The translations under genes were made by a program, and so were the position numbers. From Waterburya sp. (lineage in GTDB: Bacteria; Cyanobacteriota; Cyanobacteriia; Cyanobacteriales; Xenococcaceae): 64,000 nt of DNA. Shown here one piece after another: positions 51,285 to 61,799 of this stretch. The notes below the pieces were generated by a model. The model saw only the letters and a program-made list of their open reading frames with translations. It made no database searches and was not told the DNA's origin. The stretch spans positions 3,968,001 to 4,032,000 of the forward strand of contig CBDCJV010000002.1 in assembly GCA_965217895.1 (NCBI GenBank), in the 5' to 3' direction. Each line of letters starts with the position of its first letter. Position 1 is the stretch's first letter.

Positions 51285-52178
51285 ATGACAGATAAATTAA
51301 TTCGAGCGATCGCAGCAGATGGAGGAATCAAAGCCGTTGGCGTTATCACCACAGACCTAACTGAAGAAGCACGACGCAGACATAAGCTTTCTTATGTTGC
51401 CACAGCAGCTTTAGGTCGCTCAATGGCTTCTGGATTATTGTTAGCTTCTAATATGAAAAAAGAAGGCTCTAGGGTTAACATCCATCTCAAAGGAGATGGT
51501 CCTCTAGGAACTATTTTGGCTGATGCGGGAGTAGACGGCACGGTTAGAGGCTATGTTCAAAATCCTCAAGTTGAACTTCCTCCTAACGACCGAGGTAAGT
51601 TAGATGTGGGTAGAGCAGTTGGTCACAACGGTTATTTGCACGTGGTTCGAGATGTAGGCTATGGACAACCGTATTCTAGTACAGTCGAGCTAGTGTCAGG
51701 AGAAGTTGGAGAAGATGTGGCAAATTACTTAGTAACTTCAGAACAAACTCCCTCCGCTCTATTAGTAGGGGTTTTTGTGGGTGCAGGAGGAGTTAGCGCA
51801 GCGGGAGGAGTACTATTACAAATTATGCCTAAAGCTGTCCGCGATCAATCGTTAGTTAGACTACTAGAGTCTCGCGTATCTCAACTATCAGGTTTTACGC
51901 CTTTGCTGTTAGCAGGAAAAAGCTTGAGAACAATCTTGGAAGAACTATTGGGAGATTTAGATCTCTTTATCTTCCCTGAATCTCAAGACGTAAGTTTTCA
52001 TTGTGGCTGTTCCTTTGAACGAGTTCTAGGCGCGCTCAAAATGCTGGGTTCAGCTGAGCTGCAAGATATGATTGAAAAAGACGAGGGAGCAGAAGCAATC
52101 TGCCAATTCTGCGGTGAAGTTTATCAGGCAAATGAAAATCAACTCAGTCAGTTGATTGCTGATTTGAAAACCGAATAA
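51285..52178 (+). CDS. hslO: Redox-regulated chaperone Hsp33
   Basis: YLVTSEQTPS, CGCS...CQFC zinc motif. Confidence 0.95.
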   Translation: MTDKLIRAIAADGGIKAVGVITTDLTEEARRRHKLSYVATAALGRSMASGLLLASNMKKEGSRVNIHLKGDGPLGTILADAGVDGTVRGYVQNPQVELPPNDRGKLDVGRAVGHNGYLHVVRDVGYGQPYSSTVELVSGEVGEDVANYLVTSEQTPSALLVGVFVGAGGVSAAGGVLLQIMPKAVRDQSLVRLLESRVSQLSGFTPLLLAGKSLRTILEELLGDLDLFIFPESQDVSFHCGCSFERVLGALKMLGSAELQDMIEKDEGAEAICQFCGEVYQANENQLSQLIADLKTE

Positions 52179-52229
52179 AAAGTATTGCCGATTTAGATCG
52201 TGCTTTTAGATTAGATAAGAAAAGTAACT

Positions 52230-52266
52230 ATCAGGGTTTCTTAACGAAAGAAGCCCTGATATTTTG
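52230..52266 (+). terminator. Probable hslO terminator
   Basis: ATCAGGGTTTCT / AGAAGCCCTGAT stem followed by ATTTT. Confidence 0.6.
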
Positions 52267-52507
52267 AGCAAAGTCTTTATTTGACAAGACTTGATAAGAT
52301 AAATATTGTCCAAATTTCAAAATTAAATCAAGTCTTTATTAAACAGACACAGATGTAGTATTTACGCAATAAAATCAGGTGATAAGATGGGATACGATTC
52401 AATCAAGGGTGTTCCGTGGAGACAAGTCTTTTAAACAAGGTAATAATCTTCGATCGCCTGATTGGATAAATCAAACAGATTATTATTGGCATCACAACGG
52501 GTAGTTT

Positions 52508-54553
52508 ATGGCGATAGATAAAGATCCAAAGAAATCAGGCTCAGATGCAACATCAAATGAATCTGACGCTAAAATTGACAGTGATAAGCCTCAATATCCT
52601 AATCAAGCTTTTAGTAAAGATAATAATCTCCAAAAAAATCTTTTAATTCCTGTGACTCCACAAACTTCTTCAATTGGCTCGGCTGCGGAACAACCAAAAT
52701 CAACTACAATCCGCAAACGAAAAAGACCTTGGTGGCAAATGTGGCAAATTTGGGGCTTGGTCTTAGTATTATGTTCTGGGGGGATAGGTTATGGAGCAAT
52801 GACAATGTTGCTAAAATTACCTAAAACTCAAAGCTGTTCCAAGGTATTTTGGCCGATCGCCTCTGCCTCAATTCGCCTTTATTGCGCTCAAACTGCCGCG
52901 GAACAGAAGAACGTTGAAGGCTTGTTGTCTGCCATCAATTTAGTGGCAGTTTTGCCAGAAAATCATCCCCTCAGACCTGAAATAAATCGCAATATCAACC
53001 GTTGGGCAACTTCTATTCTCGCTATCGGTGAAGAAGAATTTCAGGCAGGAAAATTAGACCAGGCGATCGCTACAGCGAAAAAAATTCCTAGCAAACTCTC
53101 AGCCAAAGAACTCGTAGACAAAAAAATTGCTACTTGGAAATCTATTTGGTCAGACGGGGAAGAAACCTACAGGCAGGTAGAAGACAAACTTCGCCAGGCT
53201 GATTGGAACGGAGCTTTTAGTGCTGCGGTACTTTTGACCGATAATCCTAATAAATATTGGGCAACTACCAAGTATGAAGAAAGCATCAATAATATTAATA
53301 TTGCTCAAGAAGAAAATGCTAGCTTAAATAAAGCCCAAGCTCAAATTAGCAGTGGTCAAATAGATGGTTTGATCTTGGCAATTGAGAAGGCAGCCGATAT
53401 TGACAATAAAAGCTATGCCTACGATCAGGCTCAAGAAATTATTGCCCAAGGAAAAGAAAAACTAGTAGCTATTATTGAACAGTCAATTGAAGATCGAGAT
53501 TGGCAACAGTTGCTACGGGTAACTAGCCGTGTTCCTCGTAGCCTTAAGCTACAAAAACGAGTCAAAGATTGGCAAATTTTGGCTAATGCAGGCTCTAGCG
53601 CGCAACTAGATACTGTGTTTGGCATTGAAGATGCAATCGAAGAAATAAAGAAATTAGGGAAGAAGAGCGAATACTACAGTTTAGGGCAAAAACTAACAAG
53701 CCGTTGGGAAAAAGAAATTGACGATGTACGCCACCTTTCTAAAGCTAGGGATTTTGCTAGAACTGGGACTATAGCCGATCTAAACAAGGCAATTACCGAG
53801 GCAAGGTTAATTCCTGATTCTAATCCTCGTGCTGGAGAAGCTAGTGAACAGATAAATCAATGGCGCAAACAAATTCAGACAATTGAAGATCAGCCAATTT
53901 TAAATCGTGCCAAAGAACTAGCTTACAATAATAATGTGAATGCCTGGACTAGAGCGATCGCCGAGGCTAGCCTAATTTCTAGCAACAGTCCTTTATATGA
54001 AGAAGCACAGAACAATATTCGCACCTGGCAGGCTAATATTCAACGTGTAAGAGACCAGCCCATTTTAGATGAAGCTGACGATTTTGCCTACAATGATAAC
54101 TATACTGCTGCGATTAGAACGGCTCAACAAATAAGTTCGGGCAGGGCGTTATATCCAGACGCTCAAAGCAAAATTGCCCGTTGGCAAGCAGAAATTGATG
54201 GAGAAAGATATTTAGAAGAAGCTAATGACCTAGCAGATCAGGATACACCAGAAGCTCTAGCAAGAGCAATCAGGGTAATAAGACAAGTCCCCAGGAGTAG
54301 CTCTTATGGGAATGAGGTAGTACCTAGCATTGAAGACTGGTCAGCAGAAATTCTCGACCAGGCTAGAGAAGCTTCTGATAACTCTCTAGAAGAAGCAATT
54401 GCGATCGCTCAACAAGTTCCTTCTGGTACGACTAGCTATTCTACTGCCCAAGGAGAAATTAAAATCTGGCGGATTAGACTTGCACCCGAACCAGTAGTTC
54501 CTCCTACTTTTAAATTAGATAAGCTTAAAAAAGACCGCGAAAGAGACAATTAG
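52508..54553 (+). CDS. Conserved cyanobacterial single-TM protein with helical (TPR-like) repeats
   Basis: TM near N-terminus, SASIRLYCAQ, repeated AI..A..I......Y..AQ..I..W units. Confidence 0.75.
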   Translation: MAIDKDPKKSGSDATSNESDAKIDSDKPQYPNQAFSKDNNLQKNLLIPVTPQTSSIGSAAEQPKSTTIRKRKRPWWQMWQIWGLVLVLCSGGIGYGAMTMLLKLPKTQSCSKVFWPIASASIRLYCAQTAAEQKNVEGLLSAINLVAVLPENHPLRPEINRNINRWATSILAIGEEEFQAGKLDQAIATAKKIPSKLSAKELVDKKIATWKSIWSDGEETYRQVEDKLRQADWNGAFSAAVLLTDNPNKYWATTKYEESINNINIAQEENASLNKAQAQISSGQIDGLILAIEKAADIDNKSYAYDQAQEIIAQGKEKLVAIIEQSIEDRDWQQLLRVTSRVPRSLKLQKRVKDWQILANAGSSAQLDTVFGIEDAIEEIKKLGKKSEYYSLGQKLTSRWEKEIDDVRHLSKARDFARTGTIADLNKAITEARLIPDSNPRAGEASEQINQWRKQIQTIEDQPILNRAKELAYNNNVNAWTRAIAEASLISSNSPLYEEAQNNIRTWQANIQRVRDQPILDEADDFAYNDNYTAAIRTAQQISSGRALYPDAQSKIARWQAEIDGERYLEEANDLADQDTPEALARAIRVIRQVPRSSSYGNEVVPSIEDWSAEILDQAREASDNSLEEAIAIAQQVPSGTTSYSTAQGEIKIWRIRLAPEPVVPPTFKLDKLKKDRERDN

Positions 54554-54579
54554 CTTCAGTACAGAAAATATCGTATACG

Positions 54580-54649
54580 TTGTGGCAATAATTGAGACAT
54601 AAAGCCAGGCTGAGAATCCAACGTCTTTTGAGCGTTGGAGAAGTTGACA
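54580..54649 (+). mobile_element. IS200/IS605 (tnpB-type) right-end-like remnant
   Basis: AAGCCAGGCTGAGAA-TCCAACG-N9-CGTTGGA-GAAGTTGACA hairpin resembles recalled cyanobacterial IS605 ends. Confidence 0.45.
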
Positions 54650-54871
54650 ATACCTATTTGTCTTGATCCCATAACTATTCTGTTTGCAGTTGACTGTAAA
54701 TAAATATACTATTGTGTATAGAAATAAATGTGTGATAGGTTACCATATTTCATACTAGTTAGAATTCAGTTATAGTAAATTTTTTGTGAGGTTTGGTTTT
54801 CAACTATACGTTAAGAATTCACTAGCTAAGATTTATTTATAACTTGGCAGAATTTTAGTCATTAGTATTTA

Positions 54872-55306
54872 ATGAAAGCGAACCCAGAAGTAAAACAATA
54901 TCACCTACAGGTCAAAACTGAGTTAGAAGCATTAAAAGACGTATTACAGTGGTTTGAAAATTTAGTTTTTCCTCTCGTACCACAAAAAATGGGATGGCAA
55001 TGTGAAGTGGCACTAGTAGAAGCTTTTACTAATGCAGTGCGTCATGCTCATCAAAACTTGCCTGAAGCAACTCCTATCGATTTGGAAGTAAAATTGCTTC
55101 CCAATGTTTTGGAAATGCGAATTTGGGATCGAGGACAGCCGTTCGATCTCCAAGCAAAGCTGCGTAAAGGCGAGCGAGAAGCTGGTTCTATGGAAAAAGA
55201 AGGCGGTAGAGGTTTACAGTTTATCAAGAAGTTGACCGATGAACTACAATACCTCAACCTGCCAAATCATCGCAACTGCTTAGTAATGCGTAAAAAATAT
55301 CTTTAA
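54872..55306 (+). CDS. RsbW-like anti-sigma factor / HATPase_c protein
   Basis: EAFTNAVRHA, IWDRGQPFD, EGGRGL. Confidence 0.9.
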   Translation: MKANPEVKQYHLQVKTELEALKDVLQWFENLVFPLVPQKMGWQCEVALVEAFTNAVRHAHQNLPEATPIDLEVKLLPNVLEMRIWDRGQPFDLQAKLRKGEREAGSMEKEGGRGLQFIKKLTDELQYLNLPNHRNCLVMRKKYL

Positions 55307-55316
55307 TCTACTAGTT

Positions 55317-56207
55317 TTAGATTTCATCAAATGCTCGCTCAATTAAGCGTCGTGCAAGGGTTTGTGTACCTGTATGTTCGTAATAATTGGTAGATACATC
55401 AATAAAAGCTGCAACGTAGTCTAAATTATTGTCAGAAAATTCTAAAAATCCCTTCAAATTGTCCATTACTTTTTGGGGGTTTAAGTTTTTGCTGCTAACA
55501 AAATTTGCCATCCAGCCTTTTACTGAGTCAAAGCTTTCACCAATAAAGTCAAGCTTGCCTCTAGTATTTCCCCCAGGTATTGATTCTTCTACACCTTTAA
55601 AGGTAGAGTTCGATTCTAAATCTTGAGGACCAATTCCACTCAGAGTAGACTGAGCTTTAAGGAGAAAATCTGGACCTAAAGGCACTAAACCATCAACACA
55701 TACCAAAGTTGCCATCCGCATCAAAGATTCACCGCTATAGTCTTCTAATGCCCCTACAAAGTCGCCGATGCTATCTCCAGGAATACCGTTAATTTGACAG
55801 AAAGCTACTAATTCAACAACCAGTTTAATCGACAAATCTAAAGCCTGGGCTTTATTAGGATTAGGAGTAATTTTGCTGATTAAGCCTCCCACTAAAGGAA
55901 TTTTATTACCAACTTTATTAGCTAATGCTGCCGAACCCAATGCCTTGTCTGAACGATCAACGGTTTGATAAAGCCACATAGCGCGACGATAACCCTGAGA
56001 TTTATCATTATACAGATGTACAGCGCGATCGCCTATTTGTTGAATTAGATCTTCATCGCTTTCGCCTGTGACTTTACGAATTGTATTGACAAAGCCAACG
56101 GTATTTTCCCATTCACCAGGGACAATTGAATCTAAAGAACTCAGCATCATCGTCGTGACGTTTTTTTCTGGCAAATTATCTACCAGTTGAAAAATAGATT
56201 CACTCAC
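55317..56207 (-). CDS. Hypothetical protein
   Basis: 296-aa open frame with GGAG RBS, no recognised motif. Confidence 0.75.
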   Translation of the reverse strand: MSESIFQLVDNLPEKNVTTMMLSSLDSIVPGEWENTVGFVNTIRKVTGESDEDLIQQIGDRAVHLYNDKSQGYRRAMWLYQTVDRSDKALGSAALANKVGNKIPLVGGLISKITPNPNKAQALDLSIKLVVELVAFCQINGIPGDSIGDFVGALEDYSGESLMRMATLVCVDGLVPLGPDFLLKAQSTLSGIGPQDLESNSTFKGVEESIPGGNTRGKLDFIGESFDSVKGWMANFVSSKNLNPQKVMDNLKGFLEFSDNNLDYVAAFIDVSTNYYEHTGTQTLARRLIERAFDEI

Positions 56208-56270
56208 TTCTTGCTCCTTTATATAAAATTAATAGTCTTCGAGTTAATCAAATAGTGAAATATTAAAATA

Positions 56271-56774
56271 TCATTTCAGCTTTGATAATCCTCTTAAGTC
56301 AAATTTACCGAGCCATTTTTGGCGATCTCCTTGGGTGAAGCTAGAATCTTTAGAGCGAATCTTTACCTGATAGCGATCGCCTACTAAGATAGCTGTTCCC
56401 GTACTCCCTTGGCTGACGGAGGGAAAACCGTTTACCTGGCTATCAGTGTCTTTGAATTTATCGATTGTACTGGGATTGTTCAACGTATCAGAAATAGACA
56501 AAATAGCAATTTCTTTGCCATCTTTTTTTAATTTAGCTTGAGCAAAACCTTTCTTTTCCTGACTATATACTCGCTCGTATCCTGAGCCACCATCAGGAAA
56601 ATAGCGATTGAAGCTACCTCCAGACTGAGAGTCATTTACTACTGCCGTTGCACCTTTTTGGGTACTTTCGGTTTGCGCTCCATCAAAACGAGAAGGAGCT
56701 TGCTGAGTACAGGATGTTAGTAATAAACAGCCTGATAACAATAAAGTTACTAAGAATTTTCGTAAACTAATCAT
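56271..56774 (-). CDS. Putative lipoprotein
   Basis: Signal peptide with lipobox LTSC. Confidence 0.75.
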   Translation of the reverse strand: MISLRKFLVTLLLSGCLLLTSCTQQAPSRFDGAQTESTQKGATAVVNDSQSGGSFNRYFPDGGSGYERVYSQEKKGFAQAKLKKDGKEIAILSISDTLNNPSTIDKFKDTDSQVNGFPSVSQGSTGTAILVGDRYQVKIRSKDSSFTQGDRQKWLGKFDLRGLSKLK

Positions 56775-57034
56775 TTTTAGCTTGTTTACATAAGTGATCT
56801 AGTTTTATTTTCTGACTTTTACCCATCATTTTTGTTGAATTTATTAAATCTTCAACTATAAGTTCTGTAAAATTGGGCTATTCAATACTAAAAATTGTCG
56901 GTGCAGTAATTGACAAGTCCCTAACTGTCCTAACTATTGTCAAGGAATCTTGAAAAAATCTCAGACTATTACATTACAATGTTTAGTTAGATAAGCAAAA
57001 ATACTATTTATCAAAACTGACAGTCTGTTTTTTT

Positions 57035-57640
57035 ATGCGCGATTACGAAGTTAGCCAAAGGCATCGCGTCATATCTTGGCTAAAAAAAAATGTATCCGAA
57101 CATCGTTTACAACATATTTTAGGGGTAGAACAAACCTGCATTTCTCTGGCGCGCTGCCATCAAGTAGATGAGCAGCAAGCAGCACAGGCTGGTTTAATGC
57201 ACGATTTAGCGAAGTTTTTTTCGCCCCGCAAACTTCTCAAACTAGCCACAGAAGCTAAGATTCCAGTGGATACAATATGTTTTAGCGATCCTCATTTACT
57301 GCACGCAGAGATAGGTGCGGTAGTTGCTAGGCAAGAATTTGGAGTTAAAGATTTAAAAGTTTTAGATGCTATTTGTAACCATACTTTAGGTACGCCACAG
57401 ATGAGCAGATTAAGCTGCGTTGTCTATATTGCCGATGCGCTTGAACCCAATCGGGGAGATAATCCAGAATTAGCAGCAATGCGTAACGTGGCTAAGGAAA
57501 ATCTTTACAAATGTGTACAGCAAACTAGTGATTATTCCCTAAAATATTTAGTAAGCAAGCAAAAAGTCATTCATCCTCGCACTATTTTAACTAGAAATTG
57601 GGCTTTCGCTAAGGCCAGAGAAAGTCCCCCCTCGATCTAA
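57035..57640 (+). CDS. yqeK: HD-domain Ap4A hydrolase YqeK
   Basis: RLQHILGV, LMHDLAK, HLLHA, NHTLG, IADALEPNR. Confidence 0.9.
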   Translation: MRDYEVSQRHRVISWLKKNVSEHRLQHILGVEQTCISLARCHQVDEQQAAQAGLMHDLAKFFSPRKLLKLATEAKIPVDTICFSDPHLLHAEIGAVVARQEFGVKDLKVLDAICNHTLGTPQMSRLSCVVYIADALEPNRGDNPELAAMRNVAKENLYKCVQQTSDYSLKYLVSKQKVIHPRTILTRNWAFAKARESPPSI

Positions 57641-57706
57641 GCAACAAACCAAATTGATGAAGATTCCAACTAATACCCAACTTAGAAACCATAAAAATAT
57701 ATTTGA

Positions 57707-58123
57707 ATGAGTAAATTATCATCAGAACAAGCAATTAGCACTCAAGAAAATTTTTCCATTCCCTCAAATGTTGACAGCAAAGAGTTGGCTTGGCAAATAG
57801 CTATGGCTGCTGAAGACAAGAAAGCGCAGGATATTGTCCTCTTAAAAGTTGACGAAGTTTCCTATTTAGCTGATTATTTTGTGATCGTTACAGGATTTTC
57901 CCAAACCCAGCTAAAAGCGATCGCCGAATCTATTGAGGATCGCTTAGAAGAGCAGTTTAGTCGCCAACCTGTAAGAGTCTCAGGCAAGAGAGAGGGCAAC
58001 TGGATAGTACAAGACTATGGAGATGTAATTGCCCACGTTTTTCTTCCCGAAGACAGAGAATACTATAATTTAGAAGCCTTCTGGGGACACGCCGAACGTA
58101 TAGAATTTTCTCAGCCTAGTTAA
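57707..58123 (+). CDS. rsfS: Ribosome silencing factor
   Basis: DKKAQDI, LADYFVIVTG, WIVQDYGDV, REYYNLEAFW. Confidence 0.95.
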   Translation: MSKLSSEQAISTQENFSIPSNVDSKELAWQIAMAAEDKKAQDIVLLKVDEVSYLADYFVIVTGFSQTQLKAIAESIEDRLEEQFSRQPVRVSGKREGNWIVQDYGDVIAHVFLPEDREYYNLEAFWGHAERIEFSQPS

Positions 58124-58136
58124 ATATCTTTGTACC

Positions 58137-58640
58137 ATGAATAAATCCACGGTTAACTTCTGCCCTGTTCCGATTGAACAACAGCCAATTTATGAATACG
58201 AGCAGTTAAAAGCTTCCTGGTTATTTGACTGGGGAGTTTTGGCAATAGGTCAATATAGTCAGAAAATCGCCTGGGTGAGTTTTTGGAGCGGTATTTTTGC
58301 TACTACCTTAGCTATGTCTATCTTTTCTCCTCAAGAAGACCTACTTCAGTTTATACTCTCAAGCACAATTGGAATTTGTTTATTGACTGGACTATTTTTG
58401 TCGAGAATCTATCTAGGTTGGCATTACGTTAAAAATCGTCTCCACAGCGATCGCATTTTCTATGAAGAATCAGGGTGGTACGATGGGCAAACTTGGCTTA
58501 AACCTAGTAGTATGTTAGATCGCGATCGCTTAATTGTTAGTTATCAAATCGAGCCGATTTTAGATCGCCTACACAATACTTACGGTTTGCTAGCAGCGAT
58601 TACTACCCTAAGTGCTTTAGTTTGGTTAACTTGTGCCTAA
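58137..58640 (+). CDS. CGLD27/Ycf36 (DUF1230) family protein
   Basis: CPVPIEQQP, YEESGWYDGQTWLKP. Confidence 0.9.
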   Translation: MNKSTVNFCPVPIEQQPIYEYEQLKASWLFDWGVLAIGQYSQKIAWVSFWSGIFATTLAMSIFSPQEDLLQFILSSTIGICLLTGLFLSRIYLGWHYVKNRLHSDRIFYEESGWYDGQTWLKPSSMLDRDRLIVSYQIEPILDRLHNTYGLLAAITTLSALVWLTCA

Positions 58641-58678
58641 GTTGATCGTGTCCATATTTTTTATTAATTCAATACCGA

Positions 58679-59632
58679 ATGAATAGGGGAAAAAGAACTC
58701 ATACACCGTTTTTAGAAGTCCATTTACTGCGCGAAGGCATTTTAGAATCATCCCATCATGTAGAAGCGACTGTTTGCGACAGTAAAGGACGTGTTTTATT
58801 GCTGGCGGGAGATTCTCAAACATCAACTTTCATTCGCTCTGCTTTAAAGCCTTTTCAAGCTTTGGCAGTTACCAGCACAGGAACTTTGCAAAAATATGGT
58901 TTGAGCGATCGCGATTTGGCGATTATGTGTAGCTCTCACCAAGGAAGAATTGAACAAGCAAGACAAGCATTTAATATTCTTTGGCAAGCCGATGTCGATC
59001 CTTCGGCGTTGAAATGCCCTATTCCTCCTGGAGGAAATAATCGTTTAGAATACAATTGTTCTGGTAAGCACGCAGGAGTTTTAGCCGTCTGCAAAAATCT
59101 TAATCTACCTCTGCATAGTTATCTAAAGCGATCGCATCGGGTTCAAAAAATTATCCTTGATAAGATCTCAGAATTGCTAGAAATGCCTGGAGATGAATTT
59201 ATCAGTGCGCAGGATGATTGTGGAATGATGACTTACTCGATGCAATTGCAGCAGATAGCTCATCTATATGCGCTTTTAGCAAACGGCAGCAGTATCGATT
59301 TAGAGCGTATTGCCCGCGCTATGACTTATCATCCCCGCATGATTGCTGGAGAGGGGGCATTTGATACTGAGTTAATGTGCTTGAGCGAAGGGGAGTTGGT
59401 TAGCAAGTCGGGAGCAGAAGGTATTCAGTGCGTTGGTCGAGTTGGTCAAGGGATGGGGTTAGCTATCAAAGTAAAAGATGGCGCAAAACGAGCTAAATAT
59501 GCCGTAGCAATTCATCTGTTAAGGCAAATGGGTTGGATTAGTCCCGCTATTGCTGAAAATTTATCTGATACTTTTATGCAGCTAACTCCTTTTAAACGCT
59601 TAGAAGCAGTTGGTGAGATGGCAATATTGTGA
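58679..59632 (+). CDS. L-asparaginase II family protein
   Basis: RSALKPFQA, NCSGKH, SKSGAEG. Confidence 0.9.
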   Translation: MNRGKRTHTPFLEVHLLREGILESSHHVEATVCDSKGRVLLLAGDSQTSTFIRSALKPFQALAVTSTGTLQKYGLSDRDLAIMCSSHQGRIEQARQAFNILWQADVDPSALKCPIPPGGNNRLEYNCSGKHAGVLAVCKNLNLPLHSYLKRSHRVQKIILDKISELLEMPGDEFISAQDDCGMMTYSMQLQQIAHLYALLANGSSIDLERIARAMTYHPRMIAGEGAFDTELMCLSEGELVSKSGAEGIQCVGRVGQGMGLAIKVKDGAKRAKYAVAIHLLRQMGWISPAIAENLSDTFMQLTPFKRLEAVGEMAIL

Positions 59633-59663
59633 ATCATAGCGAGCATATTCAACAATCAACAAA

Positions 59664-60482
59664 ATGGCTGTAAAACTTAGGTTAATTGTTTTTAGTTTTT
59701 GTCGGGTTGCTATGGTAGTGTTGTTGGTGTTTTTGGCAGGGTGTTCTAATCGAGTTTCTCAAAATATCCACCTCAGATATGGCAATCCCAGTCAAGCTAA
59801 CAGCGATTTTAATAACTATTTGCTGGAAAAACCAGGATATGCTCTTGCCTATAGTTGTCAAGCAGGAAGAACAAATTGGGTTAGCTGGCAACTTGACCGA
59901 AGTTGGTTAGGTACAGTCGAGCGTTCAGATAATTTTCGTCCAGATGCAGATTTACCTCCTGATTGCTACGCAGTAAGACCAAATGATTATCGGGGTAGTG
60001 GTTACGATCGGGGACATCTTATTCCCAGTGGCGATCGCACTCGTCGTTTAGAAGATAATAGTGATACGTTTTTAATGACTAATATTATTCCCCAATCTCC
60101 TGCTAACAATCGAGAAGTATGGCGAGAATTAGAAGAATACTGTCGAGATTTGGTTTTTCAGGGTAATGAGCTTTATATCATCGCGGGAGGCAGTGGTATT
60201 GCCAAAAAGATTGCCCAGAGTAAAGTTACTGTGCCTAAATTTACCTGGAAGATTGTTTTAGTTTTAGAACAGCCAAACGCTGAAATTACAGCGGACAATT
60301 CCTATACTATTGCTGTTTGGATGCCCAATTCAGAACAGGTCAAGAATACCAACTGGAGAGATTATGTATCTTCTGTGGATGAAATAGAAAAGAAAACAGG
60401 CTATAACTTTTTTGCCGAGATATCCAAGCCAGTACAAAAGAGGATTGAAAAATCAATCTATAGTTATACAGGTCAAATGTAA
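59664..60482 (+). CDS. DNA/RNA non-specific endonuclease (NucA family), lipoprotein
   Basis: LAGC lipobox; YDRGHL, TFLMTNIIPQ, W..LE. Confidence 0.92.
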   Translation: MAVKLRLIVFSFCRVAMVVLLVFLAGCSNRVSQNIHLRYGNPSQANSDFNNYLLEKPGYALAYSCQAGRTNWVSWQLDRSWLGTVERSDNFRPDADLPPDCYAVRPNDYRGSGYDRGHLIPSGDRTRRLEDNSDTFLMTNIIPQSPANNREVWRELEEYCRDLVFQGNELYIIAGGSGIAKKIAQSKVTVPKFTWKIVLVLEQPNAEITADNSYTIAVWMPNSEQVKNTNWRDYVSSVDEIEKKTGYNFFAEISKPVQKRIEKSIYSYTGQM

Positions 60483-60502
60483 GCTGGAAAACTTTTCCAA
60501 CT

Positions 60503-60540
60503 AAAAAGCGATCGCCATATTCAAAAAGCGATCGCTTTTT
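60503..60540. terminator. Bidirectional terminator built from two HIP1 sites
   Basis: AAAAAGCGATCGC ... GCGATCGCTTTTT between converging nuclease gene and petM. Confidence 0.7.
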
Positions 60541-60562
60541 AGTTGGCAACCTAAATAACTGA

Positions 60563-60676
60563 TTACTCTGTTTCTCCACCTTGGATCTTGAGAATGAGAA
60601 AACCCAAACTAAGTCCAACTAAAATCAAAATAATACATAAAATTGCTCCGTTAAACAACATACTTTCTGCGCTCAT
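60563..60676 (-). CDS. petM: Cytochrome b6f subunit PetM, 37 aa
   Basis: Hand-translated [46 protein letters not shown]; not in ORF track. Confidence 0.9.
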   Translation of the reverse strand: MSAESMLFNGAILCIILILVGLSLGFLILKIQGGETE

Positions 60677-60767
60677 ACTCGTTTCTCCTTTTTTCAGTCA
60701 CAATTAATAATAGGTATTTTAAATCATCAAGTCCCATCACCCGTAACTAATTATCTTAAATGCTCAA

Positions 60768-61799
60768 ATGTCTACAATTCCTTCTTTAGCTATAACTATG
60801 GGAGATCCTGCGGGGATTGGTCCTGAAATTATCCTTAAAGCTTTAGCAGATAATTCTTTAGCAACAAGATGTCAGACCATGGTTGTTGGCAATCGTCAAT
60901 TATTGCAGTTTACCTATGAACATTTATTAGAGCAAAGCCAATTAACCGAGCAAGATTTAGCCAATCCTCAAAGTTTATCAATAATAGATATTCCTCTGAA
61001 TGGGACAATAACACTAGGTGAGGGTGATGCTGTCAGCGGTGAATTTAGCTTTGCCTGTTTAGAAAAAGCGATCGCCTTAACCTTAGAAGATAAATTTCAA
61101 GGTATTGTCACCGCACCCATTGCCAAATCTCTTTGGAAAGCAGCGGGACACGAATATCCTGGTCAGACAGAAGTTTTGGCGCAAAGAGCAGGAGTAGATC
61201 GCTTTGGTATGCTGTTTGTAGGACGCTCTCCCCACACTGGCTGGATCTTACGCAGCTTGTTGGCAACTACTCATATTCCCTTAGCTGATGTACCGACAGC
61301 CTTAACACCGCAGCTTATGTCTCGTAAGCTAGATTTGCTAATTAAATCCTTGTCCCAGGATTTTGGTATTGAGCAACCACAAATTGCGATCGCGGGTTTA
61401 AATCCTCATAGTGGTGAAGCAGGACAGTTGGGTACAGAAGAACAAGACTGGCTCTTAGACTGGCTGCAAAAAGCCCAATCAACGCACCCTCAAGCAAAGC
61501 TGATCGGCTTAATCCCCCCCGATACCATGTGGGTAAAACCAGGACAGGCTTGGTACGGCAACCATGAGCAGCAACCTAACACTGCCGACGCTTATCTAGC
61601 TTTATATCACGACCAAGGCTTAATTCCTGTCAAGCTGATGGCATTCGAGCAGGCAATTAATACCACTATTGGGCTGCCTTTTATTCGTACATCCCCCGAT
61701 CACGGCACTGCCTTTGACATTGCAGGACAAGGGGTTGCCAGTGCTAGCAGCATGAAGGCTGCAATTGAACTAGCAATTCAAATTACCAAGCAACCGTAG
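60768..61799 (+). CDS. pdxA: 4-hydroxythreonine-4-phosphate dehydrogenase
   Basis: [39 protein letters not shown]. Confidence 0.97.
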   Translation: MSTIPSLAITMGDPAGIGPEIILKALADNSLATRCQTMVVGNRQLLQFTYEHLLEQSQLTEQDLANPQSLSIIDIPLNGTITLGEGDAVSGEFSFACLEKAIALTLEDKFQGIVTAPIAKSLWKAAGHEYPGQTEVLAQRAGVDRFGMLFVGRSPHTGWILRSLLATTHIPLADVPTALTPQLMSRKLDLLIKSLSQDFGIEQPQIAIAGLNPHSGEAGQLGTEEQDWLLDWLQKAQSTHPQAKLIGLIPPDTMWVKPGQAWYGNHEQQPNTADAYLALYHDQGLIPVKLMAFEQAINTTIGLPFIRTSPDHGTAFDIAGQGVASASSMKAAIELAIQITKQP

